Positions 1 through 8,423 of a stretch of 64,000 nucleotides of DNA are shown here, piece by piece (position 1 is the stretch's first letter; each line of letters starts with the position of its first letter). Both the position numbers and the translations under genes were made by a program. Below the pieces are notes generated by a model. It had not been told where the DNA came from and ran no database searches. It was given only the letters and a program-made list of their open reading frames with translations. Origin of the DNA: Patescibacteria group bacterium (GTDB lineage Bacteria; Patescibacteriota; Patescibacteriia; Patescibacteriales; JBAZCA01); NCBI GenBank assembly GCA_041661505.1, contig JBAZUF010000003.1:10772-74771 (forward strand). The letters run 5' to 3'.

Positions 1-570
1 GATTTAAGCTATGGCGAGATTTACGAAGCGATTAAGAAGAAGGATCTGGCAAAATGGAAAGGAACAATCGAGTTTTACCCAGAAGAAGGCATGTATCACT
101 ACGATGGCCATCGCGAACATAACACCCGCTTTACGCCGGCGGAAACGAAAAAAAATAAAGGCATTTGCCCGGTTTGTAAAAAGCCTTTGACTATCGGCGT
201 TTTGTATCGGGTTGACCAATTGGCTGACCGGCCGGAAGGCTTTAAGCCGAAAGGAGCGGCGCCGTTCATAAAACTGGTTGAGCTCGACAAAATTATCGCC
301 GAAAGCCTTGGAATAAAGTCACGAAGTTCGGTAAAAGTGCAGGAGGAATACAAAAACATGATAGCGGCCGGCGGAACAGAAGTAAAGATACTGCTTGACC
401 TGCCGATTGAAGAAATAAAAAAATTTACCAGAGCTGAAATTGCCGAAGGGATAAGGCGGGTGCGCGCCGGCGAATTGAAGATTGAGCCCGGATACGACGG
501 AGAATACGGGGTTGTAAAAATTTTTGGCGAAGGCGAAAGGCCGAAAACCCGGCAGGGAAAAATGTTTTAA
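1..570 (+). CDS. Endonuclease Q (EndoQ/TIGR00375)-like protein, C-terminal part; the 5' end lies outside the window
   Basis: Frame 1 is open from base 1 (DLSYGEIYEAIKKKDLAKWKGTIEFYPEEGMYHYDGHR...), so the listed 91..570 ORF is only the tail of a longer gene. YHYDGHR followed by CPVCKKPLTIGVLYRVDQLADR matches the C-terminal zinc-finger block I recall for EndoQ-family proteins. TAA stop at 568-570. Confidence 0.5.
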   Translation, partial: DLSYGEIYEAIKKKDLAKWKGTIEFYPEEGMYHYDGHREHNTRFTPAETKKNKGICPVCKKPLTIGVLYRVDQLADRPEGFKPKGAAPFIKLVELDKIIAESLGIKSRSSVKVQEEYKNMIAAGGTEVKILLDLPIEEIKKFTRAEIAEGIRRVRAGELKIEPGYDGEYGVVKIFGEGERPKTRQGKMF

Positions 571-1673
571 TCGAAGATAATTTTCACTATTTCCGCCTGG
601 GTAAAAATTCGAAGCGGCGGACCCCAAGTGCCGGCGCCGGATGAAGTGTAAAGAGAGAAGTTTCCATCCTTACGCAAGCCATAATCCATGCCCTTGTAGA
701 TAAGGCGGGTAATGATATTGGCCGGAAAAACTTGGCCGCCGTGAGTATGGCCGGACAGCATAAGGCTAACTCCGGCTTTTTTTATTTCTCCGAGATAGCG
801 GGGCATTGGGTCATGATAAAGAAGGATTGAGGGGCCGCTGTTTTTTAATGAAGCAAAGATTGGCGCCATTTCTTTAATTAAACCTTCGGCCGGGTAGGCG
901 ATGCCGATTAATTGCACCCCGCTTACTTCGACCGACTCGTCATTTAAGATTTTAACCGGAGTCTTTGAAAGCGCTTCTTCGACTTGGCTCAAACCGGAAT
1001 AAGATTCATGGTTGCCGGTTACAAAATAGATTCCCCATGGCGCATGCAAGCCGTTTAAAGGTTTTGCCAGCTCATCAAAATTACGGGTTGAGCCGTCAAA
1101 AAGATCGCCGGTTATAAAAATAAGATCCGGCTTTTGTTCGTTTGCGATTTTCACGATTTTTTCTAAAAACGCCGCACCGTTTATAGCTCCTAAATGGGTA
1201 TCGGAAATCTGGATGGCGGTTTTTCCTTTCCATTCCGCGGGCAAGCCCGGTATTTCAACACTTATGGTTTTAAGCTTGAGGTCGGTTGCGTTCCAAGCGC
1301 CGTAAATTGCGATTACTAATGATAAGACTGTAAGAATTGTTCCCAAGGCAAAGGTGTTTATTCCTACGCCAGCTTGCCGGGACGCGAATATCACAAGCCA
1401 GCCTAAAATAACCGCCAAAAACAAGTAAAGAGCCAGGCCAATCCAAAAGGCCGAGATATAATAAAGACTGTTTAAAAATGCGCCATTTTTCCAGTGCAGG
1501 ATTGCCGATAGGGCGATAAAACTGATAGATAAAATGAAGAGTGCGGCGTAAACGAAGATTTGATGCGAGTCCGAACTAATGCCGAAGAATTTAATAAAAG
1601 AGAAGCCGACGAAAAAATGCCCGCCGAAAAGCACTAAGGAAAACAGGGTTAAGATAATTATGGCCGTCATCAT
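567..1673 (-). CDS. Membrane-anchored metallophosphoesterase (calcineurin-like, YkuE type)
   Basis: About 5 N-terminal hydrophobic helices are followed by the phosphoesterase motifs ISDTHLG, GDLFD, GNHE and GHTHGGQ. Confidence 0.85.
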   Translation of the reverse strand: MMTAIIILTLFSLVLFGGHFFVGFSFIKFFGISSDSHQIFVYAALFILSISFIALSAILHWKNGAFLNSLYYISAFWIGLALYLFLAVILGWLVIFASRQAGVGINTFALGTILTVLSLVIAIYGAWNATDLKLKTISVEIPGLPAEWKGKTAIQISDTHLGAINGAAFLEKIVKIANEQKPDLIFITGDLFDGSTRNFDELAKPLNGLHAPWGIYFVTGNHESYSGLSQVEEALSKTPVKILNDESVEVSGVQLIGIAYPAEGLIKEMAPIFASLKNSGPSILLYHDPMPRYLGEIKKAGVSLMLSGHTHGGQVFPANIITRLIYKGMDYGLRKDGNFSLYTSSGAGTWGPPLRIFTQAEIVKIIFD

Positions 1674-1899
1674 AAATATTGCCTAATTAATTTCAGATTA
1701 GCCTTTCTCCATTAAGATTTTAAAAAGATAGGTTGCTTATAGTCTACTAAGGATGCATGTAAAACACAATCCGCGCTCTCCAGGCTCAAAAATTACGAAG
1801 GATTTTTGGATAGATGTGGAGGTTGGGGTTATGTTAATGTTCAGGTACTAATTTTTTCTGCCAGTTTTCTCTTTTAACAAATTATGATAAAATTTGTGC

Positions 1900-4800
1900 A
1901 TGAGCTATCGGAGGGAACTCATATTAACAATTTTATTTTTTGTTTTATCTCTTTTTTCTTTAATGGCTAAGGCCGAAACGCCGTCGCCGGATATTTTTAT
2001 AAACGAAATTGCCTGGATGGGGACCGGATCCAGCACCTCGGACGACGAGTGGATGGAATTGAAAAATACTACCGGCCAGGAAATAGATTTATCCGGCTGG
2101 ACATTGGAAGCGATAACCAGCCTGTCTAAACGGCCGAAAATTAAATTAAACGGGAAGATAGCCCCAGGCGGCTATTTTTTGTTGGAGCGAACTGATGACG
2201 GCACTCTGCCGAATCTGCTGGCGGATCAGATTTACAGCGGATTACTGGGGGACGGCGGGGAAACCCTTGAATTAAAAGATGCCAGCGGAAGCATTGTTGA
2301 CAGGATTGACGCTTCTTCAGGCTGGCCGGCCGGTGAATCAAGTACGAGAAAAACCATGGAGCGAAAAGACCAGGCCGCCTGGGAAACCAGCCTGGCCGCG
2401 GGCGGAACGCCAAAGGCTAAAAATAGCTGTATTGATAATTCAAATGGCCAGCCGCCAGCTGAAAATCCGCCGCCGCCAGTAGCCGATTCTGACGACCCAA
2501 CAAACGACACCGCGACCAGCACTCCGGCCAGCCCAAATCAAGGAACTGCCGGAGCTCCTCTCCCGGATACAGTCCGGCTGGGCGATGTGGTCATTAACGA
2601 ATTGGTAAGCGATCCGGAAGACGGGGACGAGTGGGTGGAATTATATAACACCACATCCCGGGAGCGGGATTTGGGCGGCTGGACCATAGAAGACGGAAGC
2701 GGCGCTAAAACCGCCCTGGAGGGAAAAATATCAAGCGAAGGAAAGGATAAATATTTGGTAATTGAAAAGCCCAAAGGGAATTTAAACAACAAGGGAGATA
2801 TAGTAATTTTGCGCGACCAGGACGGCAATTTAATCGACCAGGCCGCTTATGGGGATTGGAATGACGGCGACAAGGATAATAACGCGCCAGCGGCCGGTGA
2901 TCCCTATTCGATAGCGAGAAAAATTGACGGCTTCAATTCTTTTAATAACTTAAATGATTTTGAAACAACAAAAAAGATTACTAAAGGAACAAGTAATATT
3001 ATTGAACATCCGGAAGAGGGCGGGATTTCGGGAACCGGCAGTTTGTGCGCCAATCTATTAATTACGGAAATTTTACCTGACCCGGTTGGCGAAGACGCCG
3101 AAGAATTTATTGAAATTTTTAACGCAAGCGATAAGGTGATTGATTTGGCTGGCTGGCGGATTGAAGATGAAGGCAAAAATAGCTATGTTTTCAAGGCGGA
3201 CGCGGAAAAAAATATAATCCAGCCTGGCGCGTATTATATTCTTAAAAGGAACCTTGGAAAAATCGCCTTAAACAACGATTCGGACAGCTTGAAGATTTAT
3301 GAGCCGCAAAAAGAAACGGCTTGCAGGACGGTAAAATACGAAAAGGCCATTGAAGGCGGGAGCTATAGCTATGATTTGAAGGATAAAAACTGGGCCTGGT
3401 CAGAAATAATGACGCCGGGAAAAGAGAATATAATAAAAAAATATAATTCACCCCCTTTGGTCGATTTTAATTTGCCGAAAAATATCTATACCGGCTTGCC
3501 GATGAAATTCGACAGTTCGGATACGATTGATGCGGATGATGACCAGCTAAAATTTCTTTGGGATTTCGGGGATGGAGAAAAAAATATTTTAGCCGGCCCC
3601 GAGCACGCTTACCTTAAGGCCGGAAGCTTCAGGGTTAAGCTTTCGGTTTCTGACGGGAAAGCGACTTCGACTAAAGAAAGGGTGGTTAAGGTGGTAAATA
3701 AAGAAGAAAAAATAGCCGAAGAAAAAATACCGATAACTTTATCCGAAAACCAAACCAGCCTTACCGGCGTTAAAATAAATGAAATTTTTCCCAACCCGGC
3801 AGGGGATGATTCAGAGGGAGAATTTATCGAATTTTGGAATGATGGAGGAGAGCGGGCCAATCTATTAAACTGGATTGTCCGCGACGCAAGCGCGACTGGC
3901 CGTTACCAGTTTAAAGACGATTTTTGGATTGAGCCGGACGGATTTTTTTCTTTGAAGCGGGTGGAAAGCGGATTGGCCCTAAATAATGACGCGGACAAAG
4001 TCCGGTTGTTTAATGATTCGGAAAAACTAATTGAAGAAGTTTCTTATGATAATGTTCTTGAAGGGGGCTCCTACGCCCGGGGCGAAAACGGCAAATGGTT
4101 TTGGACAACCAGGGCAACCCCGGGAAAGAAAAATGTTATTTCGGTCGCGCAAATTAAAGACAAGAATTTGGGGATCGCGGGAAGCGTGAAAGGCGTAAAA
4201 ATTCCGCCGTCAAAAGATTATAATTTTTTGGAATTAAAAAAGGCGGCCCAAGCCGATGTCGGCGAAAGAATAAAAACTCGGGGGGTGGTAGCCGTCCCTC
4301 CGGGAATTCTGGGCGCTCAATTTTTTTATATTGTCGAAGAAGAAAAGTCCGGCAGTCCGGATGTCGCGGCTAGCGGACAAAAAAGAATCCCGGAGTTAAT
4401 TAAGAAGGCGCGGGCCCAGGAGGCAAATACGGCAAAAATCGGCGCCATCCAGGTTTACAATTATAAAAAAGAATTTCCCGGGTTGCGCCTGGGGGATCTA
4501 ATTGAAGTTTCCGGCGAAATATCCGAATCCGCCGGCGAAAAAAGAATAAAAACTTCGGCGAAAGATGATTTGGCGGTTTTAAGCCATGGAAAAACTGCCA
4601 CAGTGGCAGAGATAAGTTCAACCCAAATCGGAGACGAGCCTTCCGGCCAGCTTATAAAAATTTCCGGTGAAATCACAAAAAAGAGCGGCTCGACTTTTTA
4701 TATTGACGACGGCAACGGCGAAGTAATCGGTTATGTAAAAAAGGGAACCGGAATTAAACTGGCGGCTATAAAAGAAGGGGACCAGATTGAATTGACCGGA

Positions 4801-5046
4801 ATCCTTAATCGGACCGAATCCGGGACAAAAGTTTTTCCCCGGTACCAAAGCGATATTATAAAAATCGAAAATAGCGCGGCTGACGGATCGGGAGTAGAGG
4901 TAGTCGGGGAAATCCCTCCTGGGAGCGAGTGGGAGCTAGCCAGCCGAGACCGGAAGCTGGAGCAATTTAAATATATTTTAATGATTGCCGGCGCTCTAAT
5001 CGCCGGGCTTGTCGCGTGGCTCGTAAAATTGGCAAGAAAGCAGTGA
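1900..5046 (+). CDS. Large secreted, C-terminally membrane-anchored surface protein with four lamin-tail domains (LTD) and one PKD domain
   Basis: Signal-like N-terminus (ILTILFFVLSLFSLMAKA). Four copies of the LTD signature: INEI..G....EWMELKN..DLSGWTLE, INELVSDP..EWVELYN..DLGGWTIED, ITEILPDPVG..EFIEIFN..DLAGWRIEDE and INEIFPNPAGDD..EFIEFWN..NLLNWIVRD. PKD-like block FDSSDTIDADDDQLKFLWDFGDGE...H.Y...G...V.L.VSDG. Terminal TM helix YILMIAGALIAGLVAWLV. The first ATG is at 1900; the track starts at an upstream TTG at 1894. Confidence 0.8.
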   Translation: MSYRRELILTILFFVLSLFSLMAKAETPSPDIFINEIAWMGTGSSTSDDEWMELKNTTGQEIDLSGWTLEAITSLSKRPKIKLNGKIAPGGYFLLERTDDGTLPNLLADQIYSGLLGDGGETLELKDASGSIVDRIDASSGWPAGESSTRKTMERKDQAAWETSLAAGGTPKAKNSCIDNSNGQPPAENPPPPVADSDDPTNDTATSTPASPNQGTAGAPLPDTVRLGDVVINELVSDPEDGDEWVELYNTTSRERDLGGWTIEDGSGAKTALEGKISSEGKDKYLVIEKPKGNLNNKGDIVILRDQDGNLIDQAAYGDWNDGDKDNNAPAAGDPYSIARKIDGFNSFNNLNDFETTKKITKGTSNIIEHPEEGGISGTGSLCANLLITEILPDPVGEDAEEFIEIFNASDKVIDLAGWRIEDEGKNSYVFKADAEKNIIQPGAYYILKRNLGKIALNNDSDSLKIYEPQKETACRTVKYEKAIEGGSYSYDLKDKNWAWSEIMTPGKENIIKKYNSPPLVDFNLPKNIYTGLPMKFDSSDTIDADDDQLKFLWDFGDGEKNILAGPEHAYLKAGSFRVKLSVSDGKATSTKERVVKVVNKEEKIAEEKIPITLSENQTSLTGVKINEIFPNPAGDDSEGEFIEFWNDGGERANLLNWIVRDASATGRYQFKDDFWIEPDGFFSLKRVESGLALNNDADKVRLFNDSEKLIEEVSYDNVLEGGSYARGENGKWFWTTRATPGKKNVISVAQIKDKNLGIAGSVKGVKIPPSKDYNFLELKKAAQADVGERIKTRGVVAVPPGILGAQFFYIVEEEKSGSPDVAASGQKRIPELIKKARAQEANTAKIGAIQVYNYKKEFPGLRLGDLIEVSGEISESAGEKRIKTSAKDDLAVLSHGKTATVAEISSTQIGDEPSGQLIKISGEITKKSGSTFYIDDGNGEVIGYVKKGTGIKLAAIKEGDQIELTGILNRTESGTKVFPRYQSDIIKIENSAADGSGVEVVGEIPPGSEWELASRDRKLEQFKYILMIAGALIAGLVAWLVKLARKQ

Positions 5047-5090
5047 GAGAATGTTAACTGTCGAACTATTAGCTGGACAGATACAAGACA

Positions 5091-5119
5091 TTGATTTTTT
5101 TTCTAATTTAAAGCATAAT
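5091..5119 (+). promoter_or_regulatory. Candidate sigma70-type promoter (TTGATT-17 nt-CATAAT) upstream of acpP and its structured leader
   Basis: TTGATT at 5091-5096, a 17-nt spacer, and CATAAT at 5114-5119, all read directly from the sequence. Confidence 0.35.
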
Positions 5120-5293
5120 GCTAGCTAAGGCAAAAACAATAGCCGACTTAATAGTCGGCTATTGCGCTCTATAAGTCCAAAATTGAAAGGAGGAAAAGTA
5201 AGATCTTTAAACAACAGGGGATAGACAATAGCCTTGGGCATACGTTATGCCCAAGATTGAATTGAATTTTTTCGAAGACGAAAGGATAACGAA

Positions 5294-5539
5294 ATGGATT
5301 TTTTTTCCGAACGGGAAAGGATCGTTGACATCATCGCTAACCAGCTCGGGGTCGATAAGGAAATTGTCACCCCGGAGGCAAGCATAGTGGATGACCTTGG
5401 GGCTGATTCGCTTGATGTCGTGGAACTCGTAATGGCCCTGGAAGAGGCCTTCGATACTGAAATTCCGGACGACGATGCGGAGAAAATCCGTTACGTCCAG
5501 GACATCTTTGACTACCTGGAAAAGAGATTAGCGGCCTGA
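5294..5539 (+). CDS. acpP: Acyl carrier protein
   Basis: 81 aa. The phosphopantetheine attachment motif [19 protein letters not shown] and an acidic helix II are typical ACP features in length and layout. Confidence 0.85.
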   Translation: MDFFSERERIVDIIANQLGVDKEIVTPEASIVDDLGADSLDVVELVMALEEAFDTEIPDDDAEKIRYVQDIFDYLEKRLAA

Positions 5540-5559
5540 AAAAGCCGCTGAACTCTATC

Positions 5560-5653
5560 AATGGCAACCAGCAGACACCTCATCTGTGCGCCGCCCCCTC
5601 GGCGCCTAACGTGCCTCGCCCTCCCGCCCGTCTTAGGGCGCGGCACACAACCC
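5560..5653 (+). ncRNA. Candidate structured, C-rich RNA element (3' UTR element or small RNA) between acpP and its terminator
   Basis: A visibly G+C-rich stretch in an AT-rich intergenic context. Nested complementary segments: tgtgc..gcaca, gcgcc-N8-ggcgc, and cgccc-N14-gggcg. C-rich unpaired runs (ccccctc, ccctcccgccc). No family recognised. Confidence 0.25.
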
Positions 5654-5697
5654 GGACCTGTCGCTTTCTCCCTCCTCGCGATAGGTCCCTTTTTTTT
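5654..5697 (+). terminator. Rho-independent terminator
   Basis: An 11-bp stem, ggacctgtcgc (5654-5664) with gcgataggtcc (5678-5688), containing one G-U pair. The loop is tttctccctcctc. A T8 run follows at 5690-5697. Confidence 0.75.
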
Positions 5698-5752
5698 GAG
5701 TCAGATTGATGATATAATTAATTTGAGCTAACTAATAAGCTGTATTTTAATT

Positions 5753-8359
5753 ATGGCCAGGCGCGGAAGAAAGAAAAAACTGATTAGCCGCCTTTATACC
5801 CCTATTTTGCCGTCAATGGACCTTGATCCGGCAACCAAAAGGGGTATTTATATTATCATTGTCCTGGCTTTGGGCGCCATCGGCCTTTTGAGTCTTTTTG
5901 ACCTGGCCGGGAGCCTGGGAATTTATTATGCCAAAGGCCTTACTTATGTTTTTGGCTGGGGAAAATTCATTTTGCCCATAGCCTTGCTCGGTTTAGGCTA
6001 CCTCTTGTATGCTTCGGAAAAATACTACATCCGCGGCTCGAATTACCTTGGACTTTTTATATTTATAATCTCCATCCAAGCCATGTTCCAGTTTTTTGTT
6101 TCCGAAAGCGAGTGGAAATTCGCTCTGGATGAAGGCCGGGGAGGAGGATACTTGGGCTATTTCCTGGCCGGGGGGCTGGTTAAGGTGCTTGGGCTTTGGG
6201 CGTCAATAATTTTAGTTTTGTGCCTGATTGCTATTTCCCTGCTCCTTCTTTTTGATACGACTCTAGCTTCGCTCGTTGGTTCAGAAAGTATATTTGCTAA
6301 AATCGGAGCGGCTTTTAATAAGGCCATAGCTTTTGTCTTAAGGAGAAAGGCAAAAGGCGAAGACGCGCCAGAAGACGAGGGCGAGGAGGAATCGGAAGAA
6401 CCGATCGACGAATCAGAAGCGGTAACGGCTTCAGAGTTTAGTTCAAGAAAAATTTTTCCGGCCGGTGAACCGAAGAAAAAAGAAGAGGAGAAGACCTGGA
6501 AGCCGAGCCACGTAAAAATTGATCTGCCTTTAGGACTTTTATCGGATAAAATATCCAAGCCGACGGCGGGCGACATAAAATTTAATGCCGAAACTATCGA
6601 GCGGACGTTAAAAAATTTCGGGATTGAAGTAGCGATGGGCGAAATATCGGTCGGGCCGACGGTTACCCAATATACTTTTAAGCCGGCCGAGGGAATTAAG
6701 CTTTCTAAAATCACTACTTTGGGTAATGACCTGGCTTTGGCTTTAGCCGCCCATCCGATAAGAATTGAGGCGCCGATACCGGGAAAATCTTTGGTTGGCG
6801 TCGAAGTGCCAAATCAAACCAAAGCCATTGTCGGACTGCGCCAAGTTCTCGAAAGCAAGGAATTTAAAGGCCGTAAATCAAACATCTATATCTCCTTGGG
6901 AAAAGACGTGTCGGGCAAGCCTTGGGTTTATGATATTGCTAAAATGCCCCATCTTTTAGTTGCCGGCGCTACCAATTCCGGAAAGTCAGTATGCTTGAAT
7001 TCGATTATTGTAAGCCTTCTATACCAAAATAGTCCGGATGATCTCCGTTTCATCATGGTCGATCCTAAAAGAGTCGAGTTGCCGATCTATAATGGAATCT
7101 CGCATCTCTTAACGCCGGTAATCACTGACGTAGATAAAACCATTAATGCCTTAAAATGGTGTTTAAACGAAATGGACCGGCGTTTTGACATCCTGTCCAA
7201 ATGCGGGAAAAGAAATATTCAATCCTATAACGAAACCGCCGCCGGCAACGGAAAATCAAACGGAAAAGCTGGAATGGAAAAAATGCCCTACATTATTTTC
7301 ATTATCGACGAATTGGCGGATTTGATGGTGGCTTCAGCCCGCGAAGTTGAAGGGGCGGTAATCCGCTTGGCCCAGATGGCCCGGGCAGTCGGCATCCACC
7401 TGGTTTTAGCGACGCAAAGGCCGAGCGTTGACGTTATTACTGGACTAATCAAAGCCAATATGCCGGCTCGCGTCGCGTTTTCGGTAGCATCGAGCGTCGA
7501 CTCAAGGACAATTTTGGATTCTTTGGGCGCGGAAAAACTATTAGGGTCCGGGGATATGCTATTTATCACCGCCGAACTCTCAAAGCCCAAGCGCATCCAG
7601 GGAGCGTTCGTATCCGACCATGAAATAAAAAGGATCGTCCGGTATATAAAAGAAAACGGCGGGGAGGCCAACTATATTGACGGAATAACTGAAAGACAAA
7701 AAGTAAAAGGAATGGGCGCGGCCGGTTATGATTCAGGATCTTCGGATGATGATTCGCTATTGGAAGAAGCTAAAGAGATAGTAATTAATATGGGCCGGGC
7801 CTCAACTTCGCTTTTGCAAAGGAGGCTTTCGGTCGGTTATTCCCGGGCGGCCAAATTAATTGACATGCTGGAAGAAGCCGGAGTAGTTGGTCCGGCTAAC
7901 GGCTCAAAGCCAAGAGAGATTTTAGTTTCCAAAGACCAGTATGAAGGTTTGATAAACCAGGGAGTGTCAGGCGTTTCACTCCACAACCGGGATGAAGCCC
8001 AGGCTCCGGATGCATATCTGCCTGGCGGGGACGAGGATGGTGAGGATGATGGAGCTTCCGAGAATGAAGACGAATATGACGAAGAAGATTCGGATGAGGC
8101 GAACGATGCGAATAATAAAACGCCGAGCGGCAAGCCCGGTAAAAAAATGCATTATTCCGAAGAACAGATAAAAGAAGTTGATGATTTACATGAAGATGAT
8201 GAGGAGGAAGAAGATGTTTTGGAAAAAATATCCAAAAATTCCAAAGCGGTTAAGAGGGAAACGGCGGTTAAAGTGGAAGGGCCTGCGCCCTCTAACCTTG
8301 AGAATGGCCCGCCATCAAGCGATGATGACGAGGATGATGGCATGTATTTTGCCAAATAG
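5753..8359 (+). CDS. ftsK: DNA translocase FtsK/SpoIIIE with a long acidic C-terminal tail
   Basis: N-terminal TM helices and a charged linker. Motor domain with Walker A VAGATNSGKSV and IIDELADLM. Gamma winged-helix LLQRRLSVGYSRAAKLIDMLEEAGVVGP. About 135 aa of D/E-rich tail follow. Confidence 0.9.
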   Translation: MARRGRKKKLISRLYTPILPSMDLDPATKRGIYIIIVLALGAIGLLSLFDLAGSLGIYYAKGLTYVFGWGKFILPIALLGLGYLLYASEKYYIRGSNYLGLFIFIISIQAMFQFFVSESEWKFALDEGRGGGYLGYFLAGGLVKVLGLWASIILVLCLIAISLLLLFDTTLASLVGSESIFAKIGAAFNKAIAFVLRRKAKGEDAPEDEGEEESEEPIDESEAVTASEFSSRKIFPAGEPKKKEEEKTWKPSHVKIDLPLGLLSDKISKPTAGDIKFNAETIERTLKNFGIEVAMGEISVGPTVTQYTFKPAEGIKLSKITTLGNDLALALAAHPIRIEAPIPGKSLVGVEVPNQTKAIVGLRQVLESKEFKGRKSNIYISLGKDVSGKPWVYDIAKMPHLLVAGATNSGKSVCLNSIIVSLLYQNSPDDLRFIMVDPKRVELPIYNGISHLLTPVITDVDKTINALKWCLNEMDRRFDILSKCGKRNIQSYNETAAGNGKSNGKAGMEKMPYIIFIIDELADLMVASAREVEGAVIRLAQMARAVGIHLVLATQRPSVDVITGLIKANMPARVAFSVASSVDSRTILDSLGAEKLLGSGDMLFITAELSKPKRIQGAFVSDHEIKRIVRYIKENGGEANYIDGITERQKVKGMGAAGYDSGSSDDDSLLEEAKEIVINMGRASTSLLQRRLSVGYSRAAKLIDMLEEAGVVGPANGSKPREILVSKDQYEGLINQGVSGVSLHNRDEAQAPDAYLPGGDEDGEDDGASENEDEYDEEDSDEANDANNKTPSGKPGKKMHYSEEQIKEVDDLHEDDEEEEDVLEKISKNSKAVKRETAVKVEGPAPSNLENGPPSSDDDEDDGMYFAK

Positions 8360-8423
8360 TATATTGCTAAGGCTGCATAAAAAACGTATACTAAATATAG
8401 TCATTATTCAATAATCAAAACAT

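Noticed and set aside
564-570. Convergent genes whose stop codons overlap on opposite strands (shared TTAA), with no terminator between them.
   Set aside because: The arrangement is real but trivial, reflecting compact genome packing. There is no evidence of a regulatory role.
1990-4150. The repeated LTD modules as possible DNA tandem repeats or diversity-generating-retroelement variable/template repeats.
   Set aside because: The similarity is only at motif level in protein. I could find no long nucleotide repeats, and there is no reverse transcriptase gene in the window.
5560-5697. Possible SRP (4.5S) RNA, because the minus strand contains CAGGUCCGG, reminiscent of the E. coli 4.5S domain IV flank.
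   Set aside because: The following sequence lacks the GNRA (GGAA) tetraloop and the conserved AGCA/GGAA internal-loop motifs. The only clear terminator is oriented for the plus strand.
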